Shown piece by piece: positions 30,929 to 42,211 of a DNA stretch of 64,000 nucleotides (within the stretch, counting starts at the first letter, position 1; every line of letters begins with the position of its first letter). The notes beneath the pieces were generated by a model. That model was not told the DNA's origin. It was given only the letters and a program-made list of their open reading frames with translations, and ran no database searches. A program made the position numbers and the translations under genes. The stretch is from Escherichia phage P-GXEC-L2P5: the sequence record PQ843332.1. One strand, given 5' to 3'.

Positions 30929-33900
30929 ATGACGATTATCTACGACGTCACAGGCCATAAAGGCGGCGGCGGCAAACAGCACACCCCACAGGAGACGCCG
31001 GACAGCCTGCATTCGCTGGCTAAAATCCGCATCTTGCTCGCACTGGGCGAAGGTGAGTTCGAAGGCATTACCGACCCTAACGAATTACGGCAGCGCGTAT
31101 ACCTGGACGGAACACCGATCCAGAACGCCGACCTGTCAGAAAACTTCCCCGGCGCGCGCGTGGAGTTCCGCCCAGGCACACAGCACCAGGACGTGATCCA
31201 CGGATTTTCAGCGGTGGAAAGTGAGCAATCCGTAGGCGTAAAACTGGAAAACGGCACGCCGTGGGTGCGCCAGATTAACGACACCAGTCTTGACGCCGTG
31301 CGCATTCGAATCGGCATTCCGGCCCTGTACACCAACGAAGACAACGGCGACCTGGTGGGCGGGCGCATCGACTACAAAATCGTTGTGTATACGGACAACG
31401 CTGATCCGCGTGAGTTTACCTTCGCTGCCGTTGGTAAAACAATGTCGCTGTACGAGCGCGACCACCGCATCGAGTTACCGCCGAACGTGAATACCGGCTG
31501 GCGCGTGGAAGTTCACCGCACAACGGCAGATTCCACATCGGCGAAAGTGGTGAACGATATTCAGGTACAGTCCATCACTGAGATTATTGACGCCCGCCTG
31601 CGTTACCCGCTAACCGCGCTGTTGTTTGTGGAGTTCGACGCCAAAGCGTTCCAGAACATCCCGCGCGTGTCCATTAAGTGCAAAGGTCGCAAAGTTCTAA
31701 TACCGAACAACTACGACCCGATCAATCATACCTATGCCGGGTACTGGGACGGCACGTTTAAACGCGCATGGACGGATAACCCTGCGTGGCACTGGTACGA
31801 TATTTGTATTACTGAGCGCTTCGGCCTCGGTCGGTTAAACGCGCATGGACGGATAACCCTGCGTGGCACTGGTATGATATTTGTATTACTGAGCGCTTCG
31901 GCCTCGGTCGCCGGATCAAGCCGCAAATGCTAAACAGATATGCGCTCTACCAGATTGCGAAGCGCTGCGATCAACTGGTCAGCGACGGCAACGGCGGGCA
32001 GGAAATCCGATTTAAGAATGATATGTACATCCAGTCGCAGACCGACGCCTGGACCGTGCTTAAGGATTTAGCCGCCATCTTTGCCGGTATGACCTGGTGG
32101 GGCAACCAGATGTTGAATATTGTAAGCGATCAGCCGGTCGCAGCGGTATCGCACACTATCACCAACGCCTCGGTCATTGATGGTCGATTCGACTACGCGT
32201 CAGGGAGCCAGAAAACTCGGTATTCCACGTTCGCTGTAGCATACGGCAACCCGAAGAACCACTATGAAGATGCCATTGCTACGGGACAGCGTGTCGAACT
32301 GGTACGCCGCCATAAGATTAACCGTCTGGATATAACGGCGATCGGCTGTACGCGTGAGTCAGAAGCGCAACGCCGCGGGCACTGGGCGCTAATCTCCAAC
32401 CAGCTTGACCAGCAAGTTAGCTTTAAGGTTGGCATGGAGGGACTTTTCTTTATTCCGGGTAGTGTAGTCGCGATCGCCGATACAAACATTTCTGGCGGCT
32501 TCGAGACACGCGGCGGTCGCCTGTTGTCAGATCCTGGCACGCGGACTGTGCTGAACACAGACAGCGAAATCACGTTCCGCCCTGGGGATAAATTCCTGGT
32601 ACGCACCGATAGCGGTAATGTGGAGACTCGCGAGATTGCCAGCGTCAACGGCAACAAGGTTACGCTAAAAACCGCACTGGACGCCGACCCGATTCCTGAT
32701 CAGCCGTTTTGCGTCGATGGCAACGATATCCAGTTGCAGAAGTTCCGCATCACCGACCTGGAATATGACGACTCTACCAGCACTTTTTCAGTGCGCGGGA
32801 TCGAATACAACGATAGCAAATATGATGCCGTTGATAATGGCGCTCGCCTTGACCCAGGCATCTTTACGCAAGTTCCTGACGGCGTAATGAAGGGGCCGGA
32901 GTCCGTGACCATTACCCCGTCGCAGATTTCATCGCAAGGCCAGCTAATCACCAACGTGGATATTGTGTTCCCGCCGGTGAAGGATGCCGTTGTTTATGAG
33001 ATCCAGTGGCGACGTACCAGCTTGCAGAATATGGCGGTACAGTGGGGAAACGACTGGGTAAACATCCCCCGCACGGCATCGAACGGCGCGCACATCCCTA
33101 ACGTGTTCTCCGGTAACTACCAAGCGCGCGTCCGCGCGATCGGTATGGGCGAGATTTCATCCCCGTGGGTGTCGTCCGCTATCACGCCGGTGGAAGGTCG
33201 TCTCGGCGGTCTTAACGCGCCTATCATCACCAACGCGATTTCGGGCCTTCACCAAATTTTGTGGAAGTGGAACCACAACAACGCCGCGACGGATATTTCG
33301 TACACCGAGCTTGAAGTTCGCAAGACGGGTGAAACGGAATGGAAATTCCTAACCAACGTCCCATACCCGGGGTCGGAGTATGCGCAAACGTCGCTGGAGT
33401 TCGGCATCTATCAGCAGTTGCGCGCCCGTGTAGCGGATAAAATCGGCAACCTGTCGGACTGGTCGGCCCCGTTTGAAGGGCAGGTGAGCAGCAGTTGCGC
33501 GCCCGTGTCGCGGATAAAATCGGCAACCTGTCGGACTGGTCGGCCCCGTTTGAAGGGCAGGTGAGTGACAATGTTGACGAGTACATGAAGGGGCTGGACG
33601 ACGAGTTCTTGACTTCTGAGGACGGTAAACGCTTCCAGGAAGCGATCGACACCATGCCGCAAGGCATTTATGAGGCTATGCTCACCGACGCACAGCAATT
33701 GTTTAACGCCCGCGCCGAGTACAAGGGGATTTATGCAGAAATCTCGGTCGCGTATAACGTGGCGGCAGATGCCCACCAGGCGGTAGCGCAACTGGAAACG
33801 TTGATCGGTACTCGCCTTGACGATGCGGAAGCGGCAATCCACACGTTGCAGACCGCGCAAAGCACGCACGAGCAAGCGTTCGCCCAGTACCAACAAACTG

Positions 33901-34433
33901 TTGCCGCTAAGTTCGGTCAGCAGTCCGCCGCGATCGAGCAGAAGATGACGTCCTCGTTTAACCACTCCGGTGGTAGCGCCACATACAGCCTTAAGGCGGG
34001 TGTGACGTATAACGGTACTTACTATGATGCGGGTATGCAGCTTTCCGTTGTAACGTCGGGCAGCGCGGTTAAATCTCGTATCGCGTTCAAAGCCGACCAG
34101 TTCTACATCATGCACCCATCTAATGGGTCGCTTTCGTCCGCGTTCATCGTCGACGGAGGACAGGTGTACATCGACACGGCACGAATCAAGAACGCGTCCA
34201 TTAACTTCGCACAGATCACGGACACGCTGCGGTCTAATAACTTCGTTGCGGGGTCGTCAGGGTGGAACCTGCCTAAATCGGGTAACGCGGAATTGAACAA
34301 CGTAACGGTCCGCGGCAACCTGTACGCCACATCGGGTAACTTCGGGTTTTCTGGTGGGACCGTGACGATCGACAAGACAGGCGTAAACGTGCCGTTACCT
34401 GGCGGGGGGAGGGTGAAAGTCGGGACGTGGTAA
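30929..34433 (+). CDS. central tail fiber / host specificity protein J-like; frame broken by duplications
   Basis: About 1150 aa; lambda J-like N-terminal region; last gene of the tail tip module. Confidence 0.8.
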
Positions 34434-34436
34434 ATG

Positions 34437-34460
34437 CGAAGGGGCCATCCGGCCCCTTTT
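34437..34460 (+). terminator. rho-independent terminator between convergent genes
   Basis: GGGGCC-atcc-GGCCCC followed by TTTT. Confidence 0.7.
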
Positions 34461-35434
34461 CAATACATATTCGGGATGACGAGTAGCGGGGTGGGTACGG
34501 CAATATTTTTACCTGGCATCTGGAATTGCTGCCGTGAGTAGTTGCCGATGACGCGGTTTTTAGCGACGCGCACATTATTACCCGCCATGCGTATTCCGTT
34601 CATGCGGACGTGGTTATAGCCCCCGTTGTTCTGAATCAGCGCGCCGGTGTATGAAAGCTGGATCAGGCTGTTTCCTATATTCTGGTCGCCCGTGCCGATG
34701 TTAATCGTGCGGTCATATACGAACGGCTTGTTCACCGTCGAGAACGTGACCTGATTCTGGTTATTTGTCATAGTGATCCCGGCCCCTGGCGTGGGTGGTG
34801 TATTGTTGAATATGACAAGGTCCATGTCCACCGAAGCCGCCACATCGTCGATGCCACCATAGGCCGCGTTGCGGACGATAATACTGCCACCATCGAAGCC
34901 TACTGATACGTTGCCGTCATCCCAGCGGGCGAACGGGACACCGCTAACGGGCAAGGCCATACTACCGTTGACGCGTACTCGCTGTGCGTATCGGCAGGTC
35001 ATTAGCTTAGACACGTTGGATATGGCGGTGAAGTCCGTCGAGTTCTCCACCAGTAAGCCCGCGTTGCGTGAACCAACCGGCAGCACTTCCATTATGACGC
35101 CAGCCCATTGTGGTAAGCCAGAGTACGCGCCATACGCATCCTCCCCGCGCAGGGTGATACCACTATTCCCGTTGCGGGTAACAGACGTAACGTAAAACGG
35201 GTCGGGAATTACCAGGGTCTGGTCGAATACCTCAATCACTTCTACCGGGCGAGTGAGCGCGACGACGACCTGCGACCCCTCCGTAAGCGGGGTGTTAATG
35301 GTTAGCGTCTTGTTGGACTGTGCCCGCTGGTTAAAGCTGGTGCAGTATGCTGGCGCGCGAAGCCCTGCGGTGATCTCCATGCGCGGTCTTCCGTCGTTGT
35401 AGTCGATAAGTATTCCAGCACCCATTATTACCAC
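34460..35434 (-). CDS. hypothetical protein (324 aa, Asn/Gly/Thr-rich), possible fiber-like or receptor-binding protein
   Basis: ORF convergent with J, downstream of the lipoprotein gene; no catalytic motif. Confidence 0.45.
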   Translation of the reverse strand: MVIMGAGILIDYNDGRPRMEITAGLRAPAYCTSFNQRAQSNKTLTINTPLTEGSQVVVALTRPVEVIEVFDQTLVIPDPFYVTSVTRNGNSGITLRGEDAYGAYSGLPQWAGVIMEVLPVGSRNAGLLVENSTDFTAISNVSKLMTCRYAQRVRVNGSMALPVSGVPFARWDDGNVSVGFDGGSIIVRNAAYGGIDDVAASVDMDLVIFNNTPPTPGAGITMTNNQNQVTFSTVNKPFVYDRTINIGTGDQNIGNSLIQLSYTGALIQNNGGYNHVRMNGIRMAGNNVRVAKNRVIGNYSRQQFQMPGKNIAVPTPLLVIPNMY

Positions 35435-35649
35435 TCCCGTGATTTAACTGATACTGTGCCTGAGAAATTGCCGTCGCTATCTGAAGACAGCCCAGTGAAT
35501 CGCATGTCCACATCTCCTGCCGGGACTTTTTGCCCATCAACGTAGCGCAACATGCAGCTACCGTACGCAACCGTAATGCACTCGCCGTTGTTGCGTTCTA
35601 CGGCGCAACCGGATAAAAGAACCGCACAAATCATAATTAAAGTTTTCAT
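35428..35649 (-). CDS. small lipoprotein, candidate superinfection-exclusion factor (Llp/Cor-like)
   Basis: Signal peptide MKTLIMICAVLLSGC with lipobox LSGC, four further Cys, GGGGA RBS. Confidence 0.5.
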   Translation of the reverse strand: MKTLIMICAVLLSGCAVERNNGECITVAYGSCMLRYVDGQKVPAGDVDMRFTGLSSDSDGNFSGTVSVKSREW

Positions 35650-35729
35650 GGTATCATCCCCTATATTTGGTTGAGTTTTAGTATTACACCGCTCAACCAG
35701 GATTGCAACCAATTTAAGAGGATTTAGCT

Positions 35730-37508
35730 ATGGCAGCGGGTACGCTATCCGTAACGAACAATAGCAAGGCTGTAGTAGGGGTCGGCACAACGTTTACCGC
35801 GTTTAAAGCGGGCGACTTCTTAACGCTGGTGGTAGGACAAGTCCCATACACCGTGGCAATCGCGTCCATTGAAAGCGCAACCGCGCTCACGCTGGTACTG
35901 CCGTTCGACGGCCCAACGGCAACCGGCCTTGCGTGGGATGGCGTTAAGCGCGATACCATGTCGCTGGCAACGATGGGCGTTACCGTACAGGCCCAAAAAG
36001 CATTGCGCTTGATGATTGCAGATGAAAACAACTGGCGTGCAATCTTCGGCGATGCTGAAGAAATCACAGTCACGCTCCCGAACGGGCAAGTTATGCAGGG
36101 TATGTCGTGGGGCTACCTGTCGTCTTTGCTGAAGGAAGTAGACCCCGTTGAGATGCGCAACCTGCAACAACAAGCCGCCGCATCGGAAGCAGCCGCGCAA
36201 GGATTCCGTAACGAGGCGGAAGGCTTCAAGAACGACGCCAACACCATCAAGACGCAGACCAGCCAACTTAAGGCAGATACGCAGGCTATCAAGGACCAAA
36301 CGAATCAGATCAAGACTGACACTGGCGTTATTCGTGATGAAGCCAATACCGCGAAGGAGGACGCGCAATCTGCCCGCACTGCCGCGCAAGGATTTCGCAA
36401 TGAGGCTGAACAATTCGCTAATAGTGTTAACCCGGAAAACCTACTTGCGAAGGCCAACAACTTAAGTGATGTTGCGGATGTGGCTGTGGCGCGCGAAAAC
36501 ATTGGCGTAGACCGCCTAACGCAAAACATAACCAGCGGCGAAACACAAATCAGGACTGCGGCGAAGAATAAATGGATCTTCGTTAAGGAAAATGGCGACT
36601 GGGGCGGGTGGGATAATGCCAACAATAAAGCCATGCCGCTGCCGATTGCATTCGGTGGTACGGGGCGCGGCGATAACGTCGCCGAGTTCCGCCAATTCAA
36701 ATCAAACGGCGACACCCAAGATGGGTTAATCATTACGCAGAACGGGTCTGGATTTGGTGGTGTATGCTGGGGGGATTCCGCCAATAAAGTACGCTGGCGC
36801 ATGGGGATTAACGACGCCGCGGGTAATTTTAAGTTGCACTCATATGACGCGTCGGGCGCGTACCGCGATACCTTTATGGAGATCTCTGGATCGGGGATAA
36901 GCGGCATGGTGTGTCATCGAGATATCATGGTCCGCCCAACAGAGACAGTTCCAGTGTTGTCTTTCGTCCTAAACAACGGAAAAGCTACCGTCCCGGCTGG
37001 TAACGTCCGCACGATGTGGGATACGGTTAACATCAATAGTAATATAATCTATAAATATTTTGAGAAGGGAGACGGCACTGGCTTCACAGTCAACTGGCCC
37101 TCATCTGGTGGTGTTATTGCCCTCCAGGGTACATCAGGAAGGGACTTTAAGAAAGATATTACCGACGCGGACGTTACAGAAGCGGTTGCACGCATTGAAC
37201 AAATGCGCATGGTGCGCTACGTGTATAAGGACGATGTGCAGGAGCGCGTCCGCTTCGGCATCATTGCCGAGGAAGCAGAAGAGATTGCGCCTCAATACAT
37301 CAAACACCGTGAGGAGACGTACGATGTGGAGGTGGACCCCGAGACTAACGCCATCGTCGGGGGTAAGACGCGCGACCGTCCGTCGGTAGACGTTAACCCT
37401 ATCGTGATGGACTTGATGGGGTGCGCACAATATGCGATCGCTGAGTGTAAACGCCTGGCGGCGGAAGTGGAGGATTTGAAAGCCGAGATCGCGGCGTTGA
37501 AGAAATAA
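35730..37508 (+). CDS. side tail fiber with C-terminal S74 intramolecular chaperone domain
   Basis: Central coiled-coil repeats (AQGFRNEAE twice); C-terminal RFGIIAEEAEEIAPQY resembles the S74 chaperone signature. Confidence 0.75.
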   Translation: MAAGTLSVTNNSKAVVGVGTTFTAFKAGDFLTLVVGQVPYTVAIASIESATALTLVLPFDGPTATGLAWDGVKRDTMSLATMGVTVQAQKALRLMIADENNWRAIFGDAEEITVTLPNGQVMQGMSWGYLSSLLKEVDPVEMRNLQQQAAASEAAAQGFRNEAEGFKNDANTIKTQTSQLKADTQAIKDQTNQIKTDTGVIRDEANTAKEDAQSARTAAQGFRNEAEQFANSVNPENLLAKANNLSDVADVAVARENIGVDRLTQNITSGETQIRTAAKNKWIFVKENGDWGGWDNANNKAMPLPIAFGGTGRGDNVAEFRQFKSNGDTQDGLIITQNGSGFGGVCWGDSANKVRWRMGINDAAGNFKLHSYDASGAYRDTFMEISGSGISGMVCHRDIMVRPTETVPVLSFVLNNGKATVPAGNVRTMWDTVNINSNIIYKYFEKGDGTGFTVNWPSSGGVIALQGTSGRDFKKDITDADVTEAVARIEQMRMVRYVYKDDVQERVRFGIIAEEAEEIAPQYIKHREETYDVEVDPETNAIVGGKTRDRPSVDVNPIVMDLMGCAQYAIAECKRLAAEVEDLKAEIAALKK

Positions 37509-37512
37509 ATAG

Positions 37513-37536
37513 AAGGGGCCATGCGGCCCCTTTTTT
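37513..37536 (+). terminator. rho-independent terminator between convergent genes
   Basis: GGGGCC-atgc-GGCCCC followed by TTTTTT. Confidence 0.8.
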
Positions 37537-38187
37537 AGTTTGAGTTTTCCCAGTCCATTTTGCGCCGCACCAGATGGCTTTCGTAATATTCCTTGCCCTC
37601 AACTTCCACTAAGGGCCAATCGTTAACAATCACGTACGGTTCCGCAATATCCTCAATCACGCCGTGCGCGCTTTGCGGCCCTAACGACACGCCCACCAGG
37701 ATAACACCGGCAACACGACGGGCAAGATACTCACGAGCGCAGCGCGCCTCTACCAGTCCGCGACGGATGCCGCTGGTGGCCTTAACTTCGTAGGTCCATA
37801 CGGCATCGATCACATGCTCGCGGAAGTCGGGACCGGACTTCACCTTGCGCTTGCCGACCATGATGATATCGCCGCGACGGCATCGATCACATGCTCGCGG
37901 AAGTCGGGACCGGACTTCACCTTGCGCTTGCCGACCATGATGATATCGCCGCGGTCAATGGTATTGGCGCTAAACAGGCCGGTACGCATGAGCAAGCCTT
38001 GAGGAATACAACTGCGCCCTCCTGCCTGCCCTTCAAGATACATGCCTGCAAACATCTCGCCCAGCACACCGACCAGTCGGCTTTGCTTGCACGCGTCAGA
38101 CTTTAAGCGCCACTGGTCAAACTCGATGCTTGCTATCATTGCCGCCAGGTGGAATTGTTTACCGGATATTTCATATTCGCCGTACAT
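37535..38187 (-). CDS. hypothetical protein, possible PD-(D/E)XK-like nuclease; frame broken by duplication
   Basis: ORFs 37840..38187 and 37535..37861 are contiguous when collapsed; weak ID...EVK motif. Confidence 0.35.
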
Positions 38188-38229
38188 CGTGTGGTCCTCA
38201 TTGATGCGGGCCGAAGCCCTCGATTAGAA

Positions 38230-38947
38230 TTATTTCAGTGCGCCAGTCACCAGTGTTTTTTCCATGTTGCGGAAATCTTCCGGCGTCATGAGGATTTTCG
38301 ATCCGTCCTCGCCAGTGAGCACGACCATAGGCTGGACGTCCTGATCTGCGATGCCAAAATTAGCGGCTTTAACAGTCTTGCCCACAGATGAAGAAGGATG
38401 CCGCGTCCCGGCGGAGGCGATGGGCCGGCCTTTGAGGCTGTCGAATTGTGCTGCCGTTGTATCGATCTGAATCTCGTCATGTACGGTCATGTAAGACTCG
38501 CCCAGCAGGGCGGCATACCGAATTGTGCTGCCGTTGTATCGATCTGAATCTCGTCATGTACGGTCATGTAAGACTCGCCCAGCAGGGCGGCATACGCCAC
38601 CAGATCCACGATGTTATCTTCCTGGTGCTTACGGTGCTGGCGCACCAGCTTCAGGCAGATCAGGAAGGTCCAGGCTTCTTGCTCTGTAAGTTATCTTCCT
38701 GGTGCTTACGGTGCTGGCGCACCAGCTTCAGGCAGATCAGGAAGGTCCAGGCTTCTTGCTCGGACAGGTCGCGACCGGTAATCGCGTTAAACACGGCCGC
38801 GATTTGTTTAGCGCTGCGTTCTTCTTTCGCGTTGTCATAGCCGTTTTCTTTCCCGCGCTGTTCCATAGTGGTGGCGGCGTTTTTGCAGTATTCGTATGCT
38901 TTCACAGTATTACCCTTTTTAGTGAAGGGGCGGTATTGCCCCGACAC
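38230..38947 (-). CDS. hypothetical protein; frame broken by two duplications
   Basis: ORFs 38660..38947 and 38230..38490; GCAACCAA palindrome just upstream. Confidence 0.4.
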
Positions 38948-38997
38948 GTTTACTATAGTGCAACCAACCTATTGGTTGCAAGTGAATTTTGCAACGT

Positions 38998-39516
38998 TTA
39001 TTGCGTAAATTTTCGGGACCAAATCACCACACGCCCGACGAATTGCCGCGATGTTCTTCTCGCAATCTTCAATGATGACCAGTTCAGACACGTCCGCGTA
39101 GCAGACCATTTTGAACACGGCGCACGCTTTAAACTCAGGCGGCGTTCAATGATGACCAGTTCAGACACGTCCGCGTAGCAGACCATTTTGAACACGGCGC
39201 ACGCCTTAAACTCTGGCGGCGGGGTGTCGTCCAGCATGTGGCGCATAAACAACCGGCCTACGGGGAAGACCTCCAATTGCTCGGCGGTGGTGTCCCAGCA
39301 TTCTCGCTGCCGGTTGGTCAGATATGCGATCTCGAAGCCTTGCTCTTTATACATGCGCAGTAGCGGCAGCATATCCATGTTCAGGTCTTCGCGGACGTGC
39401 GCCTTGTGCCACTTCGCCCAAAAGGTGGATTTAGTTTTTATCCCCGGCACCAGGTCGGCGCGCGCATCGCTTGATCCATTAATAACGCCATCCAGGTCAC
39501 AAATCAGTAATTTCAT
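38998..39516 (-). CDS. HAD-superfamily phosphatase-like protein
   Basis: N-terminal MKLLICDLDGVI (HAD motif I DxDG). Confidence 0.5.
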   Translation of the reverse strand: MKLLICDLDGVINGSSDARADLVPGIKTKSTFWAKWHKAHVREDLNMDMLPLLRMYKEQGFEIAYLTNRQRECWDTTAEQLEVFPVGRLFMRHMLDDTPPPEFKACAVFKMVCYADVSELVIIERRLSLKRAPCSKWSATRTCLNWSSLKIARRTSRQFVGRVVIWSRKFTQ

Positions 39517-39606
39517 TTCAATTCCTCAATCAAATTTGCACGAACAATTGATCCATTAATAACGCCATCCAGATCACAAATCAGTAATTTCATTTCAATT
39601 CCTCAA

Positions 39607-39816
39607 TCAAATTTGCACGAACACTACGGGCGGAAAACGTGTCACACACACAAGATGACAGCGGGCAGTCATTACAAGCCAGCCAGTAAGGTCCATGCCC
39701 AGGATGTGTTCCGGACGTGACACACGACGCACTTTGTTCTCCCTCGGGTTTATTTGGTAGCGTTTAACAATTTCGTCCACGACGCGCATACTGCGATCAA
39801 CGACTAAGATATTCAA
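39607..39816 (-). CDS. small hypothetical protein (69 aa)
   Basis: ORF only. Confidence 0.3.
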   Translation of the reverse strand: MNILVVDRSMRVVDEIVKRYQINPRENKVRRVSRPEHILGMDLTGWLVMTARCHLVCVTRFPPVVFVQI

Positions 39817-39882
39817 GGAGTTCTCCTTCGCTCATTATTTCAATTTGTGCGCTGCCGGTGGGCGGCGCTTCGTCAAAGATTA

Positions 39883-40436
39883 TCAATTGCTGGCACTTGT
39901 TATTGCTCGGCCCGTTTCAATTTGTGCGCTGCCGGTGGGCGGCGCTTCGTCAAAGATTATCAATTGCTGGCACTTGTTATTGCTCGGCCCGACTTCGCCG
40001 GTTACAGCATGTATGAATCGGATCCGCCAGTCCAGAAGAATTATCAGGTTTGCAGTCTTCCGGGCCAGCTTCGCCCACTTCGTCGACGTGTCCTGATTCA
40101 GTAGCATGACGGTCCGGCGTCCGTGCGCCGCGCACTCGACCCACGGCAGCGGATCGGAATACGGCGGGTTGCACCACTTCCACCCTTTCAACTCTGACCA
40201 GTCCGCATCGAGCGCGCTGTGCTCTGCCGTGAAGTAACGCGGTAGCAGGTGGTTGGCATCGCTCGCCGCCATGTCATAACGGAATCTGTACTTCCGGCGC
40301 AGCGGTTTAAATAAAGCTGGCGGCGTGCGCCAGCTATCTTTTTGCTCACTCTTCTGCATGATCGGTACTTCCGGCGCAGCGGTTTAAATAAAGCTGGCGG
40401 AGTGCGCCAGCTATCTTTTTGCTCACTCTTCTGCAT
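39883..40436 (-). CDS. DNA N6-adenine methyltransferase (phage Dam family); frame broken by duplications
   Basis: MQKSEQKDSWRTPPALF N-terminus, DMAAS, NPPY catalytic motif. Confidence 0.75.
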
Positions 40437-40887
40437 GGTCTGTGTCTATCGCATAAAGTGGAGTCTTACCACCTTTATTGATGACGCGCTGCACGCGCTT
40501 TGCTTCTTCGACACTAAGCGGGCGCGCGTTATGGTAGATGCTGCCGTTTGTAGGGTTGCGCCACGCCATGAGCACAAGGTCTTTACGGTCGATCTTCGTT
40601 GTGCGACCTTTTGGGCGCACGTACTCCTCGGCACGTTTGCAATGCTCGCGCAAACCTTCGGCAGTGATGCGGTTTAGTGCAACGCTGGTTGTGTATCCGG
40701 TGCGCTGCATAATCCCCATCAATTCGAAAAGCAGTTCGAAACGCTCCTCTAGCTCCTGGCGCACTTTCTTCTCTCCTTCATATAGCGCCTGGTTGGTGTC
40801 AGCCACCGCGTTCGCACGTTCGGCCTGTTCGCGGGCTTCGAGGCATTGCGCGGCCCAGTAATTTTTCTCTTCTTGTAAAATTTTCAT
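40423..40887 (-). CDS. hypothetical protein (154 aa)
   Basis: ORF; tandem ATTGGTTGCAT motif upstream. Confidence 0.5.
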   Translation of the reverse strand: MKILQEEKNYWAAQCLEAREQAERANAVADTNQALYEGEKKVRQELEERFELLFELMGIMQRTGYTTSVALNRITAEGLREHCKRAEEYVRPKGRTTKIDRKDLVLMAWRNPTNGSIYHNARPLSVEEAKRVQRVINKGGKTPLYAIDTDHAEE

Positions 40888-40968
40888 CGTGTCGTCTCCG
40901 GGTATTAAAAAGGGCGTCCAAACCGGACACCCTCAATATAATGCAACCAATCTAATTATGCAACCAAT

Positions 40969-41292
40969 TTACGAATAAAAATTTGGGTCGCGTGCAACGT
41001 CTACCAGATACAGATTGCTGATTCGGTTGCCGTAGTGGCCTGGTGTTCGCTGGCGGCACACAACGGCGTAGCCTGGAGGAATTGTATTGCCGGTCGCGAT
41101 AATCCACGCCACGCGTGCGCCAGACAGCGTCTTTCCGTTGCATTCGATACGTGTTCCGCCGTCGGCAGTATTGATGTTGCCAATCTTGCAGCCGGTGGAC
41201 TTCAGACGAATGACGCCGGTTTTGCTGTCGTAGGAGAATAACTGGTTAGTCATTGCGACCGAAAAGTCGATGGCTTCGAATGTCGTATTCAT
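40969..41292 (-). CDS. HNH-like endonuclease, possibly degenerate
   Basis: NGK...ARVAWI...GN..SNL pattern of phage HNH proteins but no clear His/Cys metal ligands. Confidence 0.4.
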   Translation of the reverse strand: MNTTFEAIDFSVAMTNQLFSYDSKTGVIRLKSTGCKIGNINTADGGTRIECNGKTLSGARVAWIIATGNTIPPGYAVVCRQRTPGHYGNRISNLYLVDVARDPNFYS

Positions 41293-42138
41293 TTTAAATT
41301 TTCCTCGTTAACCGCTATCGCGAAGCCGCGCGGAGTGAGCGACCGGATTAATTTTGTGCGGGCTGATTTGCCTCCGAGGCGACTATACTGCTTCGAGTAC
41401 CCTTTTTCAACGAAAACAGGTTTCTTCTCTGGCATACGGAAGCCGTTGCCGGTCCATAAGCAGGTCAGCTTCGGATATGAATCGCGGGCGTTGATGTATT
41501 CTTCTCTGGCATACGGAAGCCGTTGCCGGTCCATAAGCAGGTCAGCTTCGGATATGAATCGCGGGCGTTGATGTATTCCGGGAAGAGCGGGTGTACGTCA
41601 TCATCCGGCAGATATCCCCCATACTCCCACGGGTCGAATGAGTGATCCGGTTTGCGCCACTGTGTGGAAAGCACACTGCGCGGATTCTCAATCATATACG
41701 GCACTTCGAAGAAGTCACCCAGGTAAGCGGCGATCTTCGCGGTGCGCACCGCCTTAAGCTGAAAGGCTGGGTCTTTTGCACGCCGAAGAAGTCACCCAGG
41801 TAAGCGGCGATCTTCGCGGTGCGCACCGCCTTAAGCTGAAAGGCTGGGTCTTTTGCACGCTTGCGCGGGAAAGCTGGCGCACCGCTCACTGCCAGATCCG
41901 TGCACGGAGGAAACGCATAGATGATATCTGGCGTACCGAAATCGCCATTCATCGCACGGTCTACAAAGTCCAGATCGATAAACTCATTGCGATAGCGGAT
42001 TCCGCGACCATAAATCCGGTAGTCAAGGTACGACCCGTGATCGGCTTCGGAGTAGTTGAAGCAATAACACTTATGCCCCATCTCGGCAGCACGCTCAATC
42101 ATCAAGCCGCTGCCGTCAAACAATGACCAGATTATCAT
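41289..42138 (-). CDS. DNA cytosine-5 methyltransferase-like protein; frame broken by duplications
   Basis: LFDGSG (motif I), FPPCTD (PC motif), ENP (ENV-like motif). Confidence 0.6.
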
Positions 42139-42211
42139 TTATAACACTTATGCCCCATCTCGGCAGCACGCTCAATCATCAAGCCGCTGCCGTCAAACAA
42201 TGACCAGATTA

